DNA from: Marsupella aquatica
Taxonomy: Eukaryota; Plantae; Marchantiophyta
Length of the DNA stretch: 64,000 bases
NCBI GenBank assembly: GCA_973895155.1
Contig: OZ316892.1
Span: 19,417,869 to 19,481,868 of the forward strand
Direction of reading: 5' to 3'
The notes below the pieces were generated by a model, which did no database searches, was not told where the DNA came from, and saw only the letters and a program-made list of their open reading frames with translations. Shown in pieces: positions 21,702 to 33,953 of the stretch. The translations under genes were made by a program, and so were the position numbers. Position 1 is the stretch's first letter, and every line of letters starts with the position of its first letter.

Positions 21702-24700
21702 AAGTGTTGCTTTTGTGGAGATGTCGTGTGTTCACGTCCTCTGATAAGCACCTTCGATCAGCAAGGTGAGCAGGAGCTGTACTTGCCTCACCAACAGCAA
21801 CCAACCTTAAATTATCAGTTCCCACTCACTGTGTCATTCCATTGGTTCCAGCTAGGGGTCACAGTGTAAACATAGCATGAAACACTCCTAATCAACTTGC
21901 TTACAAACTACAATATCCAGAAAGAGTGAAAGTCTCACCCTCCAGTGAGCAGCAGAGAGGTAGTTCACTAGATGTGTTGATGTGCAGTTAAACCTCCACT
22001 ATTGCTTACTTCTGGTGTATGCTGCTCAAAAGAAGACATATTAGTAGCAGCAAATTGCAAATAATGGCCATAAGCAAACCGTGAGAGTTTGCAGAATGCT
22101 ACGACAAATCCATCACAGCAATGCTCCACAGGAATGAAACCAAGCAAAATTTGGTGACCTCGGCCAATGACAAGGCCAATGTAGTGAACAATCCTTGACC
22201 GATCAGGATATGGATTGGAATTACAATTAGTCAGCTCTTCTTCTTTGTTTTCTAACTCTGGGGGAAATGAGCATGACCAGGGAATTCTCTGAGAAATAGA
22301 AGTGCACAGGGAAAATGAAATTGGCTCATTCAGCTGCGCAAGACCGGCCATTGCAGCATACTTGGACAGTTGTTCCGCAATACATAAAATACCCTGACTT
22401 ACATGCAATCGATACAATCTGCTTCTGTTGGCTGTCCTACAGCTCACGGCAGTGCTGTTGGGATAGGGTAAGTGAATATTGCCATAGCTGAAGCACATTG
22501 AGCTTGCAGCAAGAAGTGAAGGAGCATGGCCAAAAGCAGAAAAGACAGACAGGTTTTACAAGAAGAAACTAACAACCGCCAATCTGCTCAAATCCGCTGC
22601 ATAGATCAAACCCTCCAAACTACACAGCCCTCCTTTGAAAACAATCCAATGTGCTTTGGCTGGTGGATGACAAGGACTGGGAGAAGAGGAAACGTCTACA
22701 CAATCAATCCAAATGACGGGACACAGAGACCAGGCACAGAGAGGATTTGTGCTTAGACAAAAACCACAAATTGTAGCATGGGCGCCATAGCATTGGGCGG
22801 CAATGGGAAGAATTACATCAAATGAGTGGACAGAGAATGAACAGTCCGGTTATAGGCAAACAGCGACTGATGCCCTGATGCAATGAAACACGCATTGACA
22901 TAGCGGAGGGACATAAAAACTACATAAGCCAACTTACTGACCTTTTAAGGCCCACAATTTCAAGGGGAGGGACAAAGACAGCAGTAACAGACGCAGAGAC
23001 AAAGTTGTACTCTGTCAATTGAGTAGGCAAGTGGGTGGGTGAAGATCAACAACCAATGTAGCAGCGCAACCAGAGTAGCAACAAAGAAGCAGGTTGCCCT
23101 CAGTCTCCTATTTTTCAAGCAGCTCGTGCTCGCCCTCAATCTCCTATTCTGCAAGTAGCTCACGCTCATCCCTCTTGTTCTGCAAGCAGGTCATTCTTGT
23201 TGGCGATGGTGCAAGCTGTCCTCCTAAACTCTGACACTCAAAATGAAAAGACCAAGCACCTCCAATCTGTTTGATCCCTTCCGCAAGCAGCCGAGCGATA
23301 GACGATAATGTAGGGATCAAGAACCAAGTGCCAGGCGGACATTGCACAAAATGAGGACCGGGGGCAGAGACAAAATCTACCAAAATCTACCAAAATCTAC
23401 TTCTTGGGGTCCAGCCCACGGATGGACATCATGCAAGGTGGTCAAAAATGGTAAGTGCAATTGTTGCAGAGCTGTACTCGCGATTACTAATGGTGCATCC
23501 ACAAAACGCGTCATCAAGTTGTCAGTGTAGCCACAACAATTTTGACAGTCTTAGGATCACAGGTCCACAAACAAGTTGCAAATGAAGACACACAACGTCC
23601 AGGAGGGAAAGTCCGCAACACTAACCCTTTGTAAAGCCCCCGAGCTTACCTTCTAGCTACCGACGCAAAGAGAAAATCTACTCGGACACTGAAGCAACCC
23701 TAAACTCAAAGTCTCACCTTAGCGCAACAACTCCTGGATTGGATTCAGCTAGCTCAGGCTCAATGAAGCATGTCGCCTCGGGCTCTCCGGATCCTCCCAA
23801 GGCAGCAAACAAGTTAGGGTCCACGGTCCTTGTACCTTCACCGCACCGTTGTGTCCTTCCCAATGCCTCCTCTGTAGTTGCGTCTTGTCTGCAACTCTAC
23901 AGCTCCCCGTGTTGCTCTGCCGCACTTAGTTATATTCCAACGCCCGATCGTGACCAAAAAGAGTTTTCTCCTGCTGGACAGCACTAGGCATTTGTTCAAT
24001 CTCTTGATCACGCGTAAGCAGCTACAGGTATGAATCACTCAGTTGGCAGCTCAATACGCTTACAGCAAGAGGGCGCAATAGGTAGAAGCTCGCGCTACCT
24101 AGACCAGCACAAGGACAAAGCATTAACATTGAAACTGTACCATGGAGCTGGAGAAAACCATAGAGTAATTGAAGCCTAACAATACCCTTCTTAGCTCCCA
24201 ACTCCAAACTCTCGGCTCCCAGTTTGCAAGAACAAGCACTATGAAAATATGGATTCCCACACTGACTGTGTCCGCAGAACAGATGCAACCCGCATGCAGC
24301 TTCACCAGCTCAACGGCAGCTTGACAACTGAAGGACCTCCCAATGAGCCTCACGGCCTCCCGATGCTCGTTATGGGTGCAGCAAAAGGGTCTATACCACA
24401 ACTGTGACCGAGATTGTCACCCAAAACCTTGAAGAAACCCCAACCTCCGACTCCTCAAACTCCGACAAGCTCCTCACGAACGTTGCAGCAGCCACAACCT
24501 TCTTCGCCCTACCAGCCAAAAACTACATGTCCCTAAAGGAGATCGAGCAGGAATGTAGGCCTATGAGTAGACTGCAAGCGCAAGGTTAGATCACCGCAAC
24601 TGCCTGAACACTGCTCCTCGAGAGCATAAACAAGCACATAACGCGCAGGAAGTTCACTCCGCAATGGTCACAAAAAGTGGGCAACACTAAAAGGAAAACC

Positions 24701-26103
24701 CTACGTAAAACCCCGAACACTCCACCCCTCACGTTCTAAGTTCAATGACAATGGCGAAAACTCCAAAGAGACTCCCAAAGTGAAGTTTAGTGCCTGAAAC
24801 CGAATTAGGGGAAGCCACTCAGCCTTACCGTTTGAGTGAGCCGTTGAGTGTCACCCAAAGTGGGACAAAGCTACAAAGTGTTACTGCATGGCCAACTTAG
24901 GCAATGAATGGTCATCTTTGCACATACATGGTCGGTAGTGACATTTTATTGCACGCCGTAATCAGGATTAAGGTTGCCCAACATTATATCCGGTCCTAAA
25001 ATGCAATATTCCCGGTGCAAGAATGTGACCTAGCTCTAATGTATGAAAAAGGACCGGTACAAATCTACCTTTGTGCATCTTGACCTTTTATAGATGGATT
25101 TAGTAATGGCCAAGAATATCTTGACCATCCGTCCATGGTCCAACCTCCATGAACCCCACTTCATTAAACCCAAAACCTTTTTGGTCACAAATAAGGACAT
25201 TTAATGAGTTATGCCCCTTGCTATCACCCTCTTTATAGATTTATTTTTTTGTTTGAAATTTTACATTTATTCCGCGTGAACCCCACGGATGGGGGAACCA
25301 GCAGGCCAAATGGCATCATAAAACCTCAACACCCAAAGGAGGCAATAACAAAGAGTTACTCAACCAGGGTCATCAGATCAGGCAAAGATTGCGAAGCCGT
25401 TCTTCTAGTGGTCCATGCAACAAGTAACAACTAGGGAATAAGCACTAGAAGGCGCAGTAGGTCAGCATAGTGTAAGTGTAAAGTGTCAAAGCATTGTCTA
25501 GTACTAAATTAATCCACCTGATTAGTAAGAAGGGGGTGTATACTGTAATGGGAAAAAGAAAAAAAAAACCAAGGCATGAGCAAGGGCCACCAAGAGTGGT
25601 GCAGCTATAAGCTATAGGGATTGAACACAATGCGGGGGGGGGGCAGTGGCACTATGTATGAGGAAATCACGGGAGTATCGGTGTCAAATGAGTCGACAAA
25701 ACTCCCAGATAGCCACACAGTATAAATCAATCTCACAAAAGGCTGCCATCAATGGAGGAAACAATTTGACACGACCCACATCTGAGAGTGTGAATTCGCT
25801 CGATCTCCAGCAGTTCTTTGGCACTCGATAGATGTCGGTGCTTTCGGCTCAAAGATGAAGGAGAATTACCCCTCCTCAACATAGAGTGAACATTACCCAT
25901 GATGTGCTAGACTATTCACCCTTCACAAAGTGGCAAGGTTACTTCTCATAGTCTTTTAGTGAACCATAAAACTCTCATAGTCTTTTCTAGTCTTCAACAA
26001 AACCGGTGCAATGGGTGCGAGTCGTTTTAAGTATGGAAAAAGGACTTGGTGGGCATAGTCCTATAAGGTATGGTCTAAATTGCCCCGGTTTCTACTAGTG
26101 GTT

Positions 26104-26623
26104 ATTTGAGTGGGTTTGGCCGCAACAACTACTTCCAAGGGTGAGAAATGAACTTGTTGAAGAAGGTGTTGATCCAACTTTGGTTGACAAAGTTGCTGGA
26201 CCACAGAGAATTATGTACTCCGGACCTTGACGAAAGCAAGCTGAATTTGGAGATTTCAGAGATATGGAAGTGAACAATAAGTGGTCCATGATATGTGTAG
26301 CAGCACACAAGGATCCAGAAGGCAAGTTGTTTTGGATGGCAAAGGTGTCAAAGATTTTGACAAGAACTGCAAACATTCCTGAGAGAATCAAAATCACATG
26401 GTACACAACTGAGGCAAGTGCTGAGTCTGCTATTGATGGGAAATATTTTCCAGAGAAAGATAATATATCTAATCGACTTCTCCAAGATGAACTAGTTCTA
26501 TCATCAACAGCGGTGTATGCATACAACTTTGCGCTTTTAAGTACTAATCAAATAGCAGCAAAAACTAAAAAAATTATAGAGTCTGCTATATTAGAGAGAG
26601 GTTCTGCACACTCAGAGGATTGA
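26104..26623 (+). pseudogene. 3' half of the CACTA-split terminal exon; probable C-terminus of a transposase-like protein
   Basis: Continues LFEWVWPQQ...YSGP*RKQ...KDPEGKLFWMAKVSKI..IKITWY..GKYFPE..YNFALL. No catalytic core is visible, so the function is inferred. Confidence 0.55.
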
Positions 26624-26657
26624 GATTGATGTTCTTAAACAGGTACATGCATCAATT

Positions 26658-27545
26658 TTAGAATTTGATCTCAAATAAATTTTCTAAGGTTACATGCTCT
26701 TTTACAATTGTACCATTTTTCAGTAAATAAAGACTGTGCATCAAGGCATTGTGTAATATGCCATTGAATTTTGATTTTGTCCATATTTTGAAGAACAAAT
26801 AGACCACAATCTGAATTGTTTGGTTGTTGAGGTACCTGAGAAAGAATCTTAAAGTTAGTCCAAAGTGTTTAATAATTGAACTAAATAAAAGTTGAAATAA
26901 CTTTTCAAATCCTTACCATTGGATTGTATATCTCCACAACTCCCATTGGAACTTTTCCAAAAAATAATTCCCATTCCATTGTAAAATATCTGCAAATTAT
27001 CATTCAAAGTTCTTAGTCCAAAGTGTTTATATTTATGTACCACATAAATAAATTCAAATTGAAAAAATGTAATAGAATATATACGTACTTGCTCAGTATT
27101 GATCCAATTACATGGGTTGAGTGTAGACCGGCAAGAGAGTCTAGATGATACATTTTGATCGAAGATTCAATCCGATCCAAACATATTACAACCAGACTCC
27201 AGTGCATGCTCATGTGAATTGGCATGAGAATGACCTCAATTTGGGAAAATGGTGGCTTGTAATAATTCCGCATCTTTTGAATTGATTCCAACAAGGTCTC
27301 AACTGGTTCTGTTTCAATCCTTGAAACAAGCCAAGGGTAAAAAAAGAGGATAATGTGTTTACTGAGGGAGCCAGATCTCCATGTTCCTCGGTTATTAATT
27401 GTGGGTAAAATTCCATTATTTCATCACCCAAATATTGACCGGGTTCAAGTTGGCTCAATGTTTTATTGTCCAAAAGAAATCCACTAGAAGGATTGTGTGA
27501 GAATCTATGCAGAACATGTTTCAATACAAAATCCTCCTTTGGTTC
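26658..27545 (-). pseudogene. Ulp1/SENP (peptidase C48) SUMO-protease domain, three exons
   Basis: LEPGQYLGDEIMEFY, LSSFF, ILMPIHMSMHWSLVVI (His), YHLDSL (Asp). Exon ~26990-26918 reads YFTMEW..NPM; the exon from 26835 reads VPQQPNNSDCGLFVL (Gln/Cys). One frameshift near 27300. Confidence 0.9.
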
Positions 27546-27669
27546 CTGCAAAGACATTACTCCCGACATTACTTTGTGAAATAAGAACATAGTCCAATCA
27601 TAATCTTCCTCAATATTTTACAAGTTTGGATCAATAGATACAACATGAGAGAACTAATCAAACTTAAGT

Positions 27670-28785
27670 CTACACCTCAAGGAATGAGCCAAGATCAAGT
27701 GCCGGAGCTTCATGTTCCACTTCATCCTCTTCATCCTCATCATTGTCATTCTCCTCCGCGGTTGTAATAATGCAAGTTCTAGTGGTGAGGGTGCTCGTAG
27801 TACCACCAATAGGTGGTTGAACCTCAAAGCTCATGGGTCCTGTACCTTCCTCGGTTGCTTCATCATTCAAGTCCCACGATTCATCAAGCGTGACAAGTCG
27901 GGTCCGGATACAATCCACCTGGCTTGTACTGAGCTCCACGGCTGTCACCGGACGTTTCCCTAACAAGGCAGCGCATGAGGTCGAACCACTTCCCGCACAT
28001 AAATCAACAACCCAATCCCCTGCTTCACTAAAATGTTGAAGGAACCAATCTGCTAGAGCTATTGGTTTCTGGTAAGGGTTCACTATTTCTCCCAATGGTG
28101 TTACACATTTCTTTGTAACACAAGGGACTTTTATGATGTTTACCCTTTTCTCATCATGTTCAAAATTGTACATGTCTTTGGTCCTAATACCACTCTCGTG
28201 ATAATATCCGATTGACCAGTTTCAAAAGCCCAAGCCAATCGATTCCCGGAAGGATGAGCATGTACATTTGGCTTCTCCCAAATTCCAGCCTCTACACCTG
28301 CGTTACAAGTTTTTCCAAGAGCATTCATCACAGACCAAGTTTGCTGCAAAGAGTGAATCACAACAAACCTCCACATCTTTGAACTTGTCACCTTGGCAAA
28401 ACAATTCACCATATCCACAATATCACTCTCTGAAAATGGGACCTCATCATTTTCAGAGCCAGGCGCATTGAATCCATAAGGAATGTCTGCAATTGCAAGT
28501 GTGTAATTTCTTTTCTCTACAAACTTATCCAGCGCCCTGACATCTCCACAATGCAATGTATATCTGATAAAATTTCCGTCAGTGTTTTTCCATCGATGGT
28601 CACTTCAAGACTCTGCTTCAACCGTTTCAATCCCACGACGACAGTTGTAGTTCTCAATCACTTCTTGAACGTAATTCTTAAACCCCGGGGGAATAACACT
28701 CGAAGTTAGCTCCTCCGTAGGCTTCTCAACCGCATCGGCACCAATTGCATCCTTGTTCTTCTTCTTCTTCAAAAAAGCTTTCAAC
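27670..28785 (-). pseudogene. N6-adenine/N4-cytosine DNA methyltransferase domain, beta-class motif order
   Basis: LHCGD, LAIADIPYG (motif IV, ~28476-28487), IWEKP, PYQKPIALADWFLQHFSEAGDWVVDLCAGSGSTSCAA...AVELS (motifs X, I, II). Frameshift near 28175; acidic tail. Confidence 0.85.
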
Positions 28786-28870
28786 TGCAAACGCAAACTT
28801 GTTAAAAGAATCAAGAGGAAAGACAATGGGGAGATAACCATTTAGGAATTCAAACAATCAAATTTGGATG

Positions 28871-29272
28871 ACGAATGCGACATGGGATACTTCGTATCCT
28901 AGTTTGTATTCAACCAAGCAAAAACCATAGTCAAACATCACCACCGTCAAATAACCACAAGTGAATCCGAGATGGGATACCCCGTATCCCACTTCGCATT
29001 TGACCAAGCAAAAACCACATTGTAACATCACAAACGTCAAATAACCACATTGAATACGAGATGGGATACCGCGTATCCCACTTCGAATTCAACCAAGCAA
29101 AAACCACATTGAAACATCACAAACGTCAAATAACCACAAGTGAATACGAGATGGGATACCGCGTATCCCACTTCGCATTCAACCAAGAAAAAACCGCATT
29201 GAAACATCACCAACATCAAATAAGCACAAGTGAATCCGAGATGGGATACCCCATATCCCACTTCGCATTCCA
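28871..29272. repeat. Palindrome array A: 5 units, ~90-bp period
   Basis: TGAATnCGAGATGGGATAC-N3-GTATCCCACTTCGCATTCAA at ~28871, 28961, 29050, 29140, 29230. Confidence 0.92.
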
Positions 29273-29351
29273 ACAAGAAATCCACGAAGAAAACCTCCGA
29301 ACATGGCGAAACAAATAGAAAAGTCCAATCAGTGGAAGGGGAGAACATACC

Positions 29352-31315
29352 ACATTGGACAATTTCCCACTCCATCTTTCAAGCTCGGCAGATTCTGTTT
29401 CTTTCGGAAACATTCGTTTGCAAGTTGCCTAGTCTGGCTGCCCTAACAACTGAAAAAAAAGCTTGTTGATTTTCACAAGTTTCTTGTAACTCTCGGCTTC
29501 TTTTGCCATCTGCTCCAAAGAGATCATCCGGTCCTTCACTCGGAGAAGAAGGGACTCCAAAAATTGGTCGTGTTCAATTCCTTGGATTGCTCTCCAAGGT
29601 GTCAAGGTAAGGCCCCCTGCAAGCTTATTCAAAACTTTTGGAATCGACTGCGCTTTTCCCTTAATTTCCTTTCTTGAGTTTCTTGATTGGTGACTTCTGT
29701 TTATTCTGCCCTTTGATCTCCAACTTGTTCCACATCTCAAAGATCTGGTCTTGGAGTTCCCAGACCTTACCCGACCTAAACGCAATTTGGAAGAGAGGCT
29801 CATGCTTCTTCAAGCTTGTGGCGTCCCCCGGAAAAAACCCGTCGAGGCAAACCTCCATCGCACACGCTTCTCTAGTCTCCTTGGTTTTTGCCATTCCTCT
29901 GGCAAGGAAAATCTTATGCATTGTTCGGATTTGATCAATGTTGTTCATTTTTTCCTGTACTCCTGATTAATATTATGTTGGATGCTAAGTTTCTGAATGT
30001 CCTCCCTTGTGAGACCAGCATACACCCAAGCTTGGAGTTCATTGAAGATCTCTCTCCCATAAGCCTGATACAATTCTCTCTTAGCCTGAGCACCATGATT
30101 ACCTCCAATCACTCGATATCTCCAGCTTGTTGCCTTTTTCTGGGTCCTAGTCTGTCACTGTCGGGCAATCTTTGAGAATCACAAACAAGACAAATGGCGT
30201 CGTGAAATTTGTCGGATTCATTTTCATCAAAGTCTTGATGTTCTCCACATGCAACCAATGGACTGTTCGAACCAACGTTGAGTTCTCATCGTCAATATCG
30301 TCAACAAGAAGCAAGTTAGTTGTTTTCAGAATAACTATTGTCTTCTGAACTTGCTTAGTCTCCATCAACCGAGACACTTCTTCACGAACCACAAGTGTCT
30401 CTTCCCGCTGCAAAGCTGTGGTGATATCTATTGAATCGTTTTTCTTTTCTTTAACAGCTCCCCTAGATGATAAAGAAGGCCCACCTGACGAAGTTGAAGG
30501 AATCTGAGAAGGTGTCTGTGAATTGGTGGGACCAAAGATGAGACAACACTTCCTGGTGCAGAAGGCGCGCGCTTCTGGATGTCACGTCGATCCAATTTCT
30601 TCTTGACAATAGCTTCTCCTGACACCACTACTTTAGAACCTTCCCCGGAGAGTTGATCTGCAAGCTTCCTCTTTGCCGGTTCCTTAAAAGAAACTGTGGC
30701 AGATTTCTCCTTTGTCAAGGGTGTTCCAGACATCTCCCTTGACTTCGAAGCCGGATCGGTAGGCTTCGTCACTTTCAACTTCAAAGGCCGCTCTTTGACA
30801 CCAAAGTTGGCTCCAACAACGGACCTATACGCTACCTTCATAAAACCCTCAACAACCCTCCAAGACTTCAAGACAAATTTTAAACACCAATAAGACAAGT
30901 CCTCAATCTCCGGCACTTCCGAAATTAGCTGGCAGATCGGGTCATCAGGAAATGTGTTCATTGAGACCCGATCAAGTTTCTCATAGTTGAGGACAACTAA
31001 AGTGAAGGCATTGTTCGGAAGAATGCAAAGGTACATTGGAATCTTCTTCAGCTGTTTTGTTTTTGAGTCGGTGATATCCGCCTCCCCGGTGTCCATGACT
31101 AATCCATAATGGCAATGGTCTTTACCCTTAACTATAACCAACCACACCGCTGGACCTTCATAGGCTCTATGAATATCCATCGCCCGAGCATCCCTGAAGT
31201 ACCACCTATTCCTCACGAGTTTCTCCTCCGTGTAAAGGTCTTTCTTCCAAATCTCATCGACGATGGATGTCCGTGAAGACTGGGTCGAACCAAACGACTT
31301 TGATTTGTTTGACAT
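29352..31315 (-). pseudogene. N-terminal part of the same gene, including a ParB/Srx-like domain
   Basis: ATG 31315 (MSNKSKSF). Across frameshifts it reads LVRTVHWLHVENIKTLM...WRYRVIGGNHGAQAKRELY...WVYAGLTREDIQKLSIQHN (IGGNH at 30095-30109). GTATGT donor at ~29352 and TTTGCAG acceptor at ~28786 link it to the MTase exon. Confidence 0.65.
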
Positions 31316-31358
31316 GATCTTGAAAAATATTGACACACTTAGAACCAGACCAAAAGTA

Positions 31359-31832
31359 GTTGAATGCAAGATGGGATACGCGGTATCCCACCTCGCTTCC
31401 AACATCAACAATTGCCAAGTCTGATGCAAAGAACGAAAAAGAGGGAGTTGAATGCAAAATGGGATACGCGGTATCCCACTTCGCATCCAACAACAATAAA
31501 TGTCCAGAGTCTGATGCAATTAACGAAAAAGAGGGACTTGAATGCGAAATGGGATACGTGGTATCCCACTTTGCATCCAACCTCAACAATTGCCTCGAGT
31601 CTGATGCAAAGCACAAAAAAGAGGGAGTTGAATGCAAAATGGGATACACGGTATCCCAGTTCGTATTCAAAGTCAAGAAAGAGCGAGGAGGTTCGGATGG
31701 AAGACTAAAAAGAGGATGTTCAATGCCAGATGGGATATGCGGTATCCCATCTCGTATTCAACATTGAAAAGAAGGCCAAATAATAGAGTTGAATACAAAG
31801 GGGGATACGACGTATCCCTCTCAGGATTCAAC
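31359..31832. repeat. Palindrome array B: 6 units, mostly 88-91-bp period
   Basis: GTTGAATGCnAAATGGGATAC-N3-GTATCCCACTTCGCATCCAAC at ~31359, 31447, 31537, 31627, 31718, 31788. Confidence 0.92.
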
Positions 31833-32298
31833 AATTAACCAAACGAGGAGGGAAGAGTTTCTTTAGTTTTTACCTATTTTTTGGTTTCAATTCGAGCAAA
31901 TACGAAAAGCTATAGAGATGTTGCGGCCCGAGAAAAACGCGGAGGCAAACAAAGTTGAGAAGAAAAAGAAATGAGAGTAATTTTTCTGACCAGGCACTCC
32001 TATTTATACTTTATCACCTTCGTATCCATAGGCAATAAGGTTTCCACATGCGATAATGTGTATCCAAAAGCGTAGGGTTGGAGTCCGGATGTCTATGTAT
32101 ACTTTTTTCTCTTGATGGGACTAGAGATAAGGCATATCCCCAAGTCCTTGTATTCAACCAAATAGATTTTACGCGTAGCGAATCGGGTTGATGCAAGGGT
32201 AATCACAAAACTCTTTATTCATTCGAAATTGTGCCACAAAATAAACTAAGTTGATATTCTTAAAAAGAGTCTTTACAAAGAGCCCATTCAAGATGGCT

Positions 32299-32818
32299 CT
32301 AAACCAGACTAGAAGCTTCCCCATACATTTCCAAGAGCCTCGCTTGCTCATCTTTCTCAAGATTGTGCCAGTCTTCTTGAAATCGATTTAGGTCAGACCT
32401 TGAAAATAAACCTAAGAAATTGATTGGAGGAAGATTCGGTGTTTCCATCCTAACAAAAGCTTCAATATGAACATTCTGAAGGGGTTTTCCATCGGGAATG
32501 CTTGTCAGCATTTCATTTACTTCCTCAAGCTGGCTTTTTGCTAGTCTAAGAATACCCCAGACTCGTGTACAAATTATGAGCTGGTTCCATTTCTTGGAGG
32601 TGCATCCAAGCCACACCATGGTTTTTAATCGCATCAATCTTTCATCAGCTTGGTTCTTGGAGGAATCAAACTCATCCTCTATACAATAAACTTTCAAAAT
32701 GGGCCAAATGAACGTTTCAACAATATCGTCAGGAAGTCCATCCAAAAGCAATCCGGATTCCCTTTGGCCACTTTTTGTTGAATTTGTTTCTTCTCTTTGT
32801 CGAATGACATCGCTAACC
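32299..32818 (-). CDS. F-box-like protein, last exon
   Basis: LLDGLPDDIVETFIWPIL...LGCTSKKWNQLI. Preceded by a tttacaag acceptor; upstream exons are likely at ~33300-34030. Confidence 0.6.
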
Positions 32819-33556
32819 TTGTAAAGACAGGGTTCTCAGTGACTACCATTCCAAAATAAGAGTGGATACCTGGAGTAATAAATGAGATGGTGAGCTCTTT
32901 CTCAACAACCTACAAAACAGTGATGGAAAAACTGATTTTATTTCTTTGATCAAAAAAAATATATATTCACAAAATGTTTGACCCAAGAACGTTCACCTAA
33001 ACACTTACACACTAATCAAGAAAATTCAATGCGATAAGTTAACCCAAGGATCTTCGTTCCAAATCCGACAACAAAAATATGCCAATCGATGATATTTGTT
33101 TTGGGCATCACGACAATAGTTACAAGAAGAATTAATAGAGTGCAGACAACCACTCAAACATATCCTCGACCGAATCGAAACTCCGTCCTCATTTTTTTCA
33201 CAAAACTCTATTCAGAGTGGATTCAAACTATCATGTGGATCCACGCCTCCCGTCCATAGCGCGCCTAATCTAGGACGAAGAACTTTGAGTGCAACTAATC
33301 GCTTATACAATCGACGAGCATGTTTCTCAAGGTTTTGATTCTGGACCGCCATTAGACTCACAAGAGAAAACTTTGTTTTTCAAGGAAAGCTTAAGCTTGA
33401 GTGGGTGTCGGTCACTGAAAGGCAGCAAGAGCTTCAGTGCGTACAGTTCAGTTGAACTTCGCCTGCGAAACAATCAGTAATCCATAAGGTTTTTCCCATC
33501 ATTCAAATAAACTCTAGGTAAATACCACATGGGCAATCAAAACTGGACATTTGAAG

Positions 33557-33953
33557 AGTGAATCCCAAACAGGATACGCCGTATCCCATTTCGCATTCAA
33601 CGTTGAGGTTTTGACATTTGGAGTCTAAGATGCTTCATTTTCGCAAGTTGGATGCGACATGGGATACCCCGTATCCCACTTCGCATCCAACCTCTTTTTT
33701 TAGCTAAAGAGAAATCAAACTGGACATTTGAAGAGTGAATCCCAAACGGGATATGCCGTATCCCATTTCGCATTCAACGTTGAGGTTTTGACATTTGGAG
33801 TCTACGATACTTCATATTTGGAGGTTGGATGCGACATGGGATACCCCGTATCCCACTTCGCATCCAACCTCCTTTTTTAGCTAATGTGAAACAAAAACTT
33901 GAAATTTGAGGGTTGAATCCCAAACGGGATACGCCGTATCCCATTTGGGATTC
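33557..33953. repeat. Palindrome array C: 5 units, ~88-89-bp period, 177-bp dimer; lone copy at ~34260-34305
   Basis: Same GGGATAC-N3-GTATCCC core at ~33558, 33647, 33735, 33824, 33912, with alternating spacers. Confidence 0.9.

Larger units (their letters stand above)
9472..26100 (-). mobile_element. Complete CACTA (En/Spm) DNA transposon, 16.6 kb
   Basis: TIRs CACTAGTAGAAACCGGGG (9472) and CCCCGGTTTCTACTAGTG (26100); 3-bp TSD GTT at 9469-9471 and 26101-26103; internal TnpD/TnpA. Confidence 0.96.

Noticed and set aside
21968-25830. Further cargo genes in the right part of the CACTA
   Set aside because: Short ORFs without recognisable motifs. They may be captured fragments but cannot be supported by eye.
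19902-28785. PHD ORF and MTase as two halves of one host EDM2 gene
   Set aside because: They lie in different elements separated by the CACTA TIR. On the minus strand the MTase precedes the PHD, and its DIPY motif precedes the SAM motif, unlike the EDM2 C-terminal domain.
27670-28785. C5-cytosine methyltransferase
   Set aside because: No PC or ENV motifs; DIPY and QKP indicate an amino-MTase.
29037-31838. Repetitive ORFs such as ECEMGYAVSHF and AKWDTRYP
   Set aside because: They are translations of the 90-bp palindromic repeats and appear on both strands.
28871-33953. CRISPR array interpretation of the palindrome arrays
   Set aside because: Spacers within an array are mostly copies of each other, the repeats are degenerate, they sit in predicted spliceosomal introns, and no cas genes are present.
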